Positions 11,680 through 23,600 of a DNA stretch of 64,000 nt are shown in pieces; position 1 is the stretch's first letter, and every line of letters begins with the position of its first letter. The stretch is taken from NCBI GenBank assembly GCA_950097015.1, contig CATNEN010000027.1, forward strand, positions 1 to 64,000, read 5' to 3'. A program made the position numbers and the translations under genes. This stretch comes from Macrostomum hystrix (Eukaryota; Animalia; Platyhelminthes). The notes beneath the pieces were generated by a model. That model saw only the letters and a list, made by a program, of their open reading frames with translations, made no database searches and was not told the DNA's origin.

Positions 11680-14600
11680 CTACTTGCAGTAGCCGCATGT
11701 TTTGGCGCACAATGTTCGCATCGACCGGCACATTTTGGTCTTCTTCACGAACAGGCAGTCTATGGGCCGGATTTTGTCACGACAATCTGAAAGTGTAAAA
11801 ATCAGAGGTGATATTTGCATGAAGTCTTGTTTCAGTAATTTTGACGTAGAAAAACTATGAAGTTGAAGAAAGTGACTCACCGCTCTTGGAGACACACTTC
11901 TCGCTGGCAGTGTAGCTCTTTGGTACGCACACATGCGAGCCAGGATAGGTGATGTAGTATTGCACGCAACGGATTCGCTTGCCGCACTTGCACGGTGACA
12001 CGCTGGTCCGATCGCGCGAACACTTTGGCGAGCAGGAGAATATGGCAAGGCTGCGGCGAACAACGCAGTGGCCGTGCAGGCGGACGGTGTATTGGGTGAC
12101 AACCTTGCGGATCCAGCGCTTGCCGCTTAGTTGGCACTTGTAAACCTGCTTCTTGGTGGCGAGGCTGCAGTCCTTGCAGCTTGCCAATGTGGTGTGTGAG
12201 CTAATGCGGCACTTTTCGTGAACGTAGCGGGCAACAATCTTAGTCAGCTTCCTTTTGCCGTTCTTGCACGCTCCAATGAGTCGGTAGGAGCCAACGGGGC
12301 ATTGGACGCATCGCTGGCGGTTGATTGTGACTCGGACGCGCCACAAATGCAGCTTCTTGTCATAGTAGATGTCGGCTCGAATATCTTTGCGCCAGTTGGA
12401 CTTGGAGCAGCGAGTGTGACGGTGGTAGCGCCTCGGCTGACGCTTGCAAACGCCGCAGGTATAGTTACAGAGATGGCGCACCAGAGGCTTGGAGCATTTG
12501 GACTTCTTGCAGAAGGCTCGCCTGTCTTCGCACTTGCGACAAGGCACTTCCAGTTTGTGAACCTGTCTAGTGCATTTTCCACTGCGGTCACGCTTCCAGG
12601 TAGCAACTGCTGCTGCTCGGTAGCACACGCGGTCCTTGCCGAATTTGATGCACTTACATTTGTACTGTTTCAGGACGCTACGGAAGGGGCACTTTGTAGG
12701 ACAGACGCGTTCGAACAGGATACAATCTGGAGTTTTGCGCAGCCTTAGCGATGGGAACCGCAGCAAAAGACCGTTGCGGTTCAAACGCAGCAGGGTGCAT
12801 TTGCGAGACGAGTGATCGTAGTCGAAAGCTCGGCATTTTCGATTGTGGCGGCAGCTGCGCAAGCAAATGTCGAAAGAGGAGCGCTTGGCTAAGATAAAGT
12901 CATTTCTGAATTTAGACTGCTTGCTGAGACAGAAATTTCCGGCGTACACAACTCGCGTTTTCGGACAAGCTGTGGATATTTTTTTCGAAAAAAAGTACAT
13001 CTTTTTGGGAAAGTTTGGTATCAATAAGAGTTTATACTTCTTTAAAAGCTTAAAAGCACCCTCTTTCTTGTGTAAAAGTAAAGAGGTAAAAATGTTAGTA
13101 CTTACTGTAGCATCGATGACAAGTCATCGCACACAGATGCTTGGCGAAGTAAGGATACTTGTCACACAGGTGGATTTTGGTTGAAGCAGCCCACTTTTTG
13201 CAAATTCCTGTTGGCAGCAGATCTCTGCACTTAGACTTGCATCGAACAAAACGTTTGTAGACCTTTGATAAACATTTGCATCGGCTGACCTTATGCAGAA
13301 CAACCGTGACTGCTTGCGTCTTTCCTTGACACTTCGAAACCTTTGTGTAAGCCTTTGGACAATGGATCAACTTGTAGCTTGGGAACTTGCGAAGCTCACA
13401 GCGCTTTCCTTTCAAGATATAGCGGTATACTGTTGTAACCTTTCGATAATTGCCATGACAACTGAGTCGCTTGTAGGATTTTGGACAGGCACACAGCTTG
13501 AAGAAGGTGGTGCCGACTGTCTGGCAACCACAGCCAACACGTCGCTGCCACGTCTGCACAACCTGCGCATATTTACCATCCGACTTCACGTGACGACAGG
13601 GGCCAACTTTGTTGTGGCGTTTGGAGCTGCAGGTCACACGCTGACGTGAGTTTACTCGAGTGCGATGGACGCATCTATTACCATCCTTCTGCCACCAGTG
13701 GTGTAAGAAAACCCAGGAGCCAGAGCGGCACTGCTTCACTGTATAGCCACGTCTGCATCGGCAGAGCTCCTGGCGTGACTGTGTGCTCTTGACGCAGCTG
13801 CAGTCTCTCTTCTTCCAATGATGCTCCAGTTTTGTTTGGTAGTAGCCGTCTCGTTTTGCGATGCACTTGAGGCGCTCCACTCGCCATCCAGGACAGTGGA
13901 CAGGACGAACAATTTTGCGAGACACCCGACGACAACCAGATCCACGGAATTCAAGCCAGGACTGTACCTCAACGTGTTCGTGACGACGCTTGTCACAGTA
14001 GCGAACCTTCTTGTACTGTCTCTTACAGCCTGGAATGGGGTGTTAAGTTTTGCTGGAATAATAATTCATACAATTAGACAAATCAAATCTGAGATCAGTG
14101 ATGATTACAATGAACTCACAGCAAGTCACTTTCCATGCGTGAGAATGGCGCACGCAGCGGCAGTTCTGCACTGTGTACCATACGCTTCCCATGCTTCTGT
14201 TGCAGCTGAAACGATCGCATTTGCCCTTGAAATTCTGGCGACGGTTGCAAATCACGCGAGTTGTGTAACAGTTTCGGTGTAAGATGCAAGCAGACGGCGT
14301 GAGAGTGTAGGTGTAGCGGCAGTTTTGCACGCTATCGCCTCTAATGCAGACGCTGCGCAAATAAGGTTTCGGACAACGACACCGAATAAGGCGGTGTCGG
14401 CGGGCAAGTCGACAGCGGCAACCCGAAACGTGTCGAGTTTCAGTTGTCTCTTTCCTCCAACCGTCTCTGCGACACGGTCCATGACGAATCGCCTGGCGAG
14501 GCTGGCAAGACGCATAGACGTGAGAAGAAATGTCATGTCTCTGAACGCGCCGATGACACGCGTGGTTGCGGAATTTGTAGGTGATAAAAACTTTGAACAA

Positions 14601-17600
14601 CCGGTTTTTGTGGCACTCCTTGTGGCTACTGTCGCGATGAACGCAGCAGCACAGCTTCCACCAGCTGCTGGATCGGCGGACACATTTTTTAGTGCGCGTA
14701 TCGAGATGGAATGTGATGCGAGTGTAAACTCTACGGCAGTTTTGCTTTTGGCATACGGAGTGTCGAAGGACTGGCTTATCACAGGCCTTTTTGCAAATCC
14801 TCTCAAACAGACGTGTCGCGGAAAAGCGATACCTGCAAATTTATCCAAGGTGAAGAATTTACTCAATACATTGCAGTAGATAAAAGTGTAAAAATAATTA
14901 AGAGGCAGTCTCGCTTACTTGCGGTAAAAGCCTAGCTCCATATAGTGCAGCTTGGTTGGCTTAGAGGCTAACCACTTGATATAGCGACCTGATTTGGGGA
15001 TTGGCTGGAATCCAACAACAAACAGGCTGGCCTTGCGCTTGATCTTGTCCGCCAGTTCAACTGTCTTGCGTCGTTTAATATGATTGCCACATGTAATGAC
15101 CACAACAATCTTCTCGACACCCGACTGAGACCGGGTATGTAGACGTTTGTTCACTTCACCAAGGGCTGCGCAGAGGTTCGTACTGCTCTTTGTGAATGCT
15201 TTAAACGGCAGGTACTTCACATGCTTAAGTTTTTGCACGTGCACGCTCCAGTTATAAGAAACCAGAGTTGTACGAACTCTGGCTGACGTCTGCTCAAAGT
15301 ACTTGCATACAGTCCGTAGGAAGTTAGCTACTCTTTCCTTGTATCCGCGCCTGTCCTTGCCGAAAAGGTCTACAACAAGGTAAAGCTCAACAGCCTTGTG
15401 AGCGCAAGCACACTTGCGGTATTCGAAGCGCACACGACGCACGCAGCGACAGCCGATTTTCACCCAGAAGTGAACGCTGTACTTCTGCTTTCCCTGCTGG
15501 CACTTGCCTTCTATAGCTTTGGATACGCGACGTGAGCAGTTCACAGGTCTGTATGAGTCATGTGTATTGGAGTAGCAGCGGCCGTTTTTGAGCTTATGCG
15601 TGAGTCTTCTAGTGCGCACCGTACCACGGATGCAAGCTTTTACGCTGGTAGGCTTAGGGCAGCAGCACATGCTCTTTTTCGACCATGTTTTGAAGTGACA
15701 CTTACAATTGTGAACGCTGTATTCTTTTGTAAAGTCTGTACGCTTGCAGTTGTGACAGTGGCTGCGTCTTGTCGTCCTTGGACAATGCACTCGTTTACGT
15801 GTGACTCTACTGTAACTGACACAGCGACAGCCAACCAAACGCCAGCAAACTTTCACGGCTATAAGATTTTTGCCATGCTCGCATTTGTACGTGAGAGTGC
15901 AGCCGCGACACCGAGAGTGACAAGGCTCGCGTCTGGTTTGTCGGACACATCTGCATCCAGATAGCACGAAGCGCTCATAAACTTTGTAGAAGATTGGGCT
16001 GCCTGATGTGTGGTGTGACAGCCGCCAAGCGTTTTTGCATTTGACAGCATAAGATCGACGTCTTACAGCCTTCTCACACTTGCCGCGGCTCAATTGATAA
16101 GACACATTCACTGTGACGATGTGGCCTCGTTCGCAGTAGGTATTTTTCTCTGGCTTAAAGCAGCTGCAGACCACTGACCTAGTTCGGATTCTTCTGTGGC
16201 ACTTGCAGGACTTCTGGTACCAAGACACAGTCGTCTCCACGTAATAGAAGCCGTACCTTGTTCGCTTGTTGCAGTGCGTTCGAGAAGAAGTGCTTGGCTT
16301 GCAGTAGATTGGTTTGTCAGTGCAACGCGTTTGTCTGAGGCATCGACCATGCGATAGATGCCATACTGTGATGTACGTGTGTTGGTGGCAGCGCCCATTT
16401 TTGCACTTGCATACAAGTCGTCGGATTGGCTTGTTGCATTCTGAAATATTTTTGAAGCGTAGAATAGTAACTGAGAGTAGAATCAGAGCAGAATAATCGT
16501 AAAATCCTGCAGACTAAGATTCAAAGCATCGCTATTTACTCACTATATTTTCGGAATACTGTCTTGCAACGCTTAGCACAGCCGCAGCCTTGACGGACAA
16601 CCCAGCAACTGACCACCTTAAGAACTCCATTAGAGAGCTTTTGCTTGCGGACCGTAGGGTTTCTTTTGCACTCTGAAAAATTTTTAGGCCATATGTTATA
16701 TGCCAAACTGAAGGTTATAACAATGGTTCGCAGCAATCTACTTAATTATTACTTACTAACTTTCTTGCTGTTCTTTGTCACTACCTTGATACAATGCCAG
16801 TGTTTTAGAACCCGCTTAGTGACAGTCGTAACAAGGTATCCCTGTTTGTAGATGCATTTAACTCGACGCGCATAACCTTTGCAACAGCATACACGATGTT
16901 TGTGATAACTCTTCCAGATGCAACTCTCGTCTTTCAGAACTTGTTTTTTAAACAGAAGTTTCTGACGGCAAGACTTTTTGTTGCAGCTTCCAGTAGACAC
17001 AAGTTTGCTTCCATTATGACAGCCTAGAAATGAAATTACACTGCGTATATTCAGTCCATCAAATTATGCGATCGAGAATTCTAATATGAAAAGTCCGAAA
17101 AGGGCTTACCACAACGGCGCAAGTGACGTGTTACTTTGCTAAAGCAATGGCACTTCTTGACGTATGTCTTCGTGACGAAGATGCTAAGGACGCCTGACTT
17201 TTTGTGGCAAACTCGCTTTACCTTCACACCACCACAGCGTACTCGTTCCCGCTGTAAGACTACTTGAATTCGACGACATTGGCCACGAACTAATTGTCGC
17301 TCGGTGACTTTCAAAACCTTGATAAAGCCAGCTTCGCACTTGCGCTTAACTTGGCGACGCTTGTCGCAACCACAGAGTTGATGGTGAACCTTGTGCTTGC
17401 GTTGACACTTGCAGCGACGTACTAACCACTTAGTCTCAGTCAGCTTTCGGTACTTGTCTCCATCACGACCTCTGGTACAATGACCCTTGCTTCGATGCGT
17501 CTTCTTACAACGCACTGACTGACGAGAGACACTTCTGTCTCTGTAGCACACGCACTTGTGAAGAGTCGACTTCGCTTTAACTGTCACCCAAATACGGCCG

Positions 17601-20600
17601 CTGCTACAATAGCGCTTAATTGTAGGCTTGCGACAGCGGCATCGACAGTTGCGTCGGGTCACGCGCTTAAGACAGTGACAGTTTTTGAGGGTTCTAACTG
17701 TTGTTGTAAAGTGTCGAATACCCTGATAATTGCAACCCGAGCGCTCAACGGAGTGACCGACAGCACACGGAACCCGGTGCTTACGAACGTGCTTTTCTAG
17801 CTGACAGCGTACTTTCAGTTTCTTTCCTACTAGACGCCAGTTTTCTGTGACCGTTACCCAATGATTGGAAAGGCAACGCTTTGTAGCGACCGACTTTCGG
17901 CACCTGAAATGCGTGGAGATAAAATACGTTCGTAGTAATTCGTAAGGCGAAGACAAATATCCAAATCTGATCATACTCTTACCTGCACGGTACAGCAACA
18001 CGTCGCACTAGCTGCAATACGCAGCGGCAACGACTAGCGCGCCTTTGATATAACCAATAGGTACGCAAACCATTGCGCTCACAATTGCCACGCTTTTCCC
18101 ATCCGCCCTTGCAGTTGACAATGAATACCGAGTCGTGAGAGCGTCGCGTGCAACCATCGCCCTTGGGCACCCACCATGTGGTGGTCGTCACCAATCGGTT
18201 GCTACCAACGCAGCGGGTCTGTTTCTTCCGACCGTATTTTCTCAGGCAGTCACAGACGCGCTTTCGCTTCTTAAGTGAATAAACACATTTGCAGTTCTTC
18301 GCTTGCACGTAAATGTACTTTAGAACTTGAATAAAGCCGTTGTGTTTGCTACATTTTCGAGGTTCGGTTTCAACGCGCACCAATCGTGAGTTTGTAGAGC
18401 ATGGCAGCCGGTTTTTGTGCTCATTACGTTTTCGCTCGCAACTGTTGCCACGCAGTTGGTATGTAACAGTCACGAAAACCTCAAGATTATGGGACTTACA
18501 TATACGCTTTCTATAACCCTTCGGGCAGCGACAACGACGCTTTTGCCGGTGACTGACGTACTTCACGCATTTCATCTGTGGCTTGTTCGTTCCAGGGATA
18601 TTCTTTCCTGTGGGCTGTAGCTTGTAGGCTAGCCAAGTGTCAAGAGCGAACCAGCGACCACACTTTCCGCGATGGTAAATCCTCGCCTTCGAACAAGAGC
18701 AACGCTGCTTGTGTTGCGTTACCCTGGCTTTGCATCCGCATGCGACAGCGTAGTGCACTGTCTTAGTAACTTTTCTGAAGCCCTTGTAACAATTGGAAAC
18801 GCTATATTCAGGAGCTTTTCGTCCACAGCGGACTCGCTGAGTTCGAACTATTCGTTTACGATGGCATGCGTGATGACGCAGAATGTAGCTGGTAGTGATT
18901 GCCACTTTCAGGTGACGGCTAGCGTCGCATGAGTGTTTAGTGACATGTTTTGGGCAGCAGCATTTCAGTGGTTGCACTCGCAGTAGTTGTGCAACGCACT
19001 TGCAGTTGATGTGCTTGTAGACGTAATGCCGCACAGCGAAGCCACACCGCTTGCATGCGCTTGGTCGACTGAATGGAGCCTTACAATGAACTGGTTTGTC
19101 ATGACGCTTTATGTCACGCCGGCAAGTACGTTTTCCAGCAACGCTGTGGAAGCTGATTTTCTCAAAGCGCAGTACACGGTTGTTCAAACAACGAGTTGAA
19201 TGCCCTGGCTTTCGGCACTTACAGATTCGGTATGTTAGCGACCGCTGCTTCCACACACAACCGCATCGGACCATCGCTGACCTTGTGGAACTGGCGAATT
19301 TCTGAGTACTTGTCTCCCTCGCGGTTCAGTTTGCACTTTCCGTTGTTAGTCTTTGATCCGACACAGTCTGCAAAATTGAAAGTGGTACTTGTTACAAGTT
19401 TTGCATTAAGGCTTTATGTTCAAAGTCATTTGCCGTGAACAAGACAAAAGTCGAAAAGATGACTTCTTTTTACTTACGAATCTTTCGCTCAACATTGGCC
19501 ACTTTTCGCACGCATTGACCTCGAACCAGCTTATAATAGACCGTGGTGAAAAGCTTCACGGAGCCGCGTACGCAACGAACAGACTTGCGCGTGCTATATT
19601 TCTTTATCAGGTGACAGATGCATGGCACCCAGCGGATCGTGTGCCGGCGCTCGCAACGACATTTATTGTTTACCTTCCACTCGGTTAGAAGCTTCTGGTA
19701 GCCACGATGCTTACTTCCGTATGCTGTGACACAGCTACCCCGGACGATCCGGCTTCTGTGACGCCCGTCGCAGTCTACGGGTAAAGATGCAATCGGAGCA
19801 TGGTTTTTTGTTAAATAGTGCTGCTATAATTTCGCAGATTTAGCAGATATAATAGTTGTCATTCACTTACAAACAGGTTTTGCGATATTTTTTATCGATC
19901 TAACGCAACGTTCCCCACGTTGCTTGTAAATGAAAAAAGTTGTGACATATGCGCCGTGCTTGCACACAGTTTGTGAATTATTTCGTTTGTGACAGTCACA
20001 GTCGGCTCGTCTGGGGTGCACGCTTCTTACACAGGTGCACCTGTTCTTGTCAAGCCGCCAAATGTAGCGCTTTATGATGCGGCTGAAGTGTATGCAGCGA
20101 CCTCGCGCTTCTTTGTGCACAGGACACGTGTGTGGCCGTCTTCTGCAGCGCTGGATCTTCAAACAGCGCTGTCGACGGAACTGGAGCTGGTAGCTGATGT
20201 GGCAGGTCTTCCAGTGGCCGCGTCGATCGCAGACGGTGAACTGGCTACCCTTCAAGCAAGCGCATAAGTAAGTAAACCTACGTACTTGACGGATGCAGGC
20301 TCGATTCTTCAGTATGAAATACGTCAGCGTCTTTACTCGGTACCTATTGAGACACCCGCTCCATCGAACCTGTTGCGGTGGACAACCTGTTTGTTGCAAA
20401 AGAAAGAACCTTGTATAAAAATGTGCACCGCTGGGACTATCCAGAAGATATTAAGCATAGAACTATCACTTACTGCATTTGCCTCTCCAGCGCTTCTGTT
20501 TCTTTACACAACCGCAACCGACTCTGTGCCAAACCGACTCAGTTTTGCTCCAATGTCCGGACCGTCTGTTGCAATTCTCTATTAATTTTCGCCTGGGACA

Positions 20601-23600
20601 TCTGACACTCACATATCTAAATTGGGTTGAAGCAACAACCTTTTTCTGAGACACAACTACTCGACCATCTCGATCTTTTAGGAGTGGTTTGCTTGGCACC
20701 AGTCGGTATGTGGTTGTCTTCCACACCCAACGACCGTTGTGAGCATCGCAGTAGTGGCTTTTGTGAACATTAGGTGTGCAGCAGCGCTGTAAGCCCGACT
20801 GGCGGTAGTGATGAATGCGGCAAGAGCGAACGTAGCATTGACTGAGAGCCACTTGCCGCCAGCACTTCGCGCATCCGTAATAGTGGATCTGAGCCTTATT
20901 GCTTCTGCACGCAACTGGTCGTCGCTTCTCAGTTCTAGTGAGATGGCAGACTGAACCCTTTTGTTTGTACGTGTACCATACGGTGACGTAATAGCGACCG
21001 CTGCGGCTGCACTTGGTGCTTTCTGAGTTACGCTTGCAGCGACAAAGCTTTGTGACCTTTCTTTGTCTGGGTACGCACTTGCAGCCCTGACGCGCCTTCC
21101 ATGTCAGTAGGTACTCTGTGTACCAGCCGTGATGCTTGGCGATGCCGCATTTGGTAGAAAGTCTTGTGACATGCTTGAAGCTTGAACAGTGTACAGGCTT
21201 GTATGATGTGTGGCTGTCATAACTGCAGCTTTTGGCATTGCAGCAGGAGTGAAACGAATTTTCAATGACAACAATGGCGCCCCTCTTGTGATCACAGTAG
21301 CGACGTTTGTACGACTTTTCGCTGCACTCTGAAAATGATTTTTCGAATTATGATAATGAGCAGACTTAACATATCGACTTTGAGAAATAAAAAAAACTGC
21401 AGTGTAAAACTGTGTACTCACTGCACGCAAAGACTTTCCGAGTCGTCCTTCGCTTGCACTTGCAATGCACTGGCTCGTATGTAGTGGTGATTCGAGTCCT
21501 ACGGAAGTTCTTGCACTTTGTCCAGCTAATACTCTTTCCTTTGCATTGTACAGCTTCAGGTGATGCTGAAGTCTTAAGGATGCACTCTCTACGTCCATGG
21601 TGTTTGCCTAGGTGCCAAGATTTTGTCACGGTTATGATCGCATCACCATCAGGCGAGCAGACGCTCTTTTCATCCGACTTGCGGCAGCGACAAGGCTCCC
21701 AGTATAGCAAGTGGCGAATCGGTTTGCATTCCAACTCGTCACCAACAAGCACCAACTTGTACCTGATGTGGAATACTCGCCGCTTGGATTTTCCCCCGCA
21801 CTTCTCGGCCTTTTTCAATGAATGCCTGCATTTACAGAGCACGTGCTTCACCTTTCGCTGCTTCACACATCGGCAATGATGGCGCTTATAGCTGATAATT
21901 TCAATTTTCTGTTTTCGCGTTGTCATGTTGCACGTGAAGCGCTTGATTGAGTGTTTTGGACACGGGATGCTTTTGGGCGTAATGTGTTGCTTCTTAAGAC
22001 ACTTGCCATTGCAAAGAGTCCAGGATTCGCATACTTTCTCGAGCACGCCTGCCTTGCACTGGACGAATTCGCGAGGCTTGGGACAGCAGCAGCGCTTTGT
22101 GCGCACAGTATGCTTACGCAACCGACACTTGCAGCCGCGCACGTGATAGTACCAAGTGTCGTACTTGCGAATGCAGCCCTTGCACTTCCCACGCTTGGAT
22201 CTCTTTCTCTTGCACGAGACAACTTGCTGCTTGTGACGAACAGTCTTCGTGCAGACACCGTCGCATAACTTGTATTTTACGTTCTCCAGCAGCCAGTGGT
22301 CTCCGAGGCAGCGCTTCTTGTAGCTCGGCTTTGGACAGCAGCAGCGCACACGGTGGGAGCGGGTTTTGCGAAGGCAGTGGCAGCGGTGCATGAAGTAGTA
22401 ATGAGAATGCTTAAATCCGCTGCATCCCTTGCAAGTGCGAGTTACCCAGCGACTCTTCGGACAGACAAGATGCTGCGTCAATCGCTTCACCATGCGAATG
22501 CAGCGGTTTTCACGGATCGAAAGCTTCCAGTACGTGTCCACCGTAATCCTCTTTCTGTTGTCCTGGCAGAAAGTTCTTCGATGACCTCTCGGACAGCCTG
22601 AACAATGCGGCAGAAATATGCTCGGATTCAAACGCATCAGAGTTATTTAAATAAGAGAACAATGTGGCTAATTGCTATTTTACTTACTGCAAACATAATT
22701 TTTCTGAGTCACGTGTTTTCGACATTTACAAAGATGATGCACCTTGGTATAGTTGGCACAGAATTTCACCTTGTAGCCTGTTTTAGTGTTGCATTTTCCG
22801 AAATGGCAGCTGTTTCTTGGACACACTGAAAACAGAAAGAACGGAAGCTACTGTGCACTTATTGTTCAAGAAAAATATGGTTATTGCAAAGAATACAAAC
22901 CTAGTCTAGACACTACACTCTCAGAGTGTCGCTTGACGCATGTTCTGCTATGAGCGAGGAACACAGTCCATGTGTGCAGCTTCTTGATGGCACCGGAACG
23001 TCGATCACAGAAAGTTTTGTAAGTCGGTCTGTTGTGGCAGCAGCAACGCAGAGGAGTTACTCGTTGATGACGTTGACATTTAAACTTGTCGTTCTTTCCA
23101 TGCGAAGTGAACCATACTTTTACAACATTCAGGTGACAAGTAGCCTTGTTACATTTGCCTCTCTTTTCACTTGGATTCATACATCCTAAAAGTAATGTTT
23201 AACAAAAAATGATTTAGTTAAAGTTGATTGACAAATTCGATGCTATAATTTGATAATAATTGTCAACGAAACCTACGGCACAAAACTCGTCTCATCGACC
23301 TGCGATAGAGAACGCAGCCGCAGTTGGCGATTTTCCTGTGGTGCACGTACACAGTCGCATGTCGAGTTAGCTTATTACAGCGAGACCACTTCTCTGTTGT
23401 GCGGCAGTTATGCACGGCATGCAACAGTTGCTTCTTCACGTGACTGACACACTCTCGGTGACGGTTAAGGATTCTTGTGGTTGTATAGCGATACAGGAAG
23501 CGGTTTTTTTCGCATCTGGTGTTATGGTACACTGACGGTCGGCAGCAGCAGGTGCGTTGCGTCTCTCTCCAAGTGCTTTCGCATCGGCAGCGGTTCACTC

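Larger units (their letters stand above)
1..19311. repeat. Large inverted repeat: arms 1-7992 and 11319-19311, spacer 7993-11318 (3,326 bp)
   Basis: ORF pairs have coordinates summing to 19311 with identical translations. Identity stops at 7992/11319. Differences seen: A603 vs C18708 on the + strand (synonymous AAA/AAG) and one extra G at 19268-19269. Confidence 0.97.
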
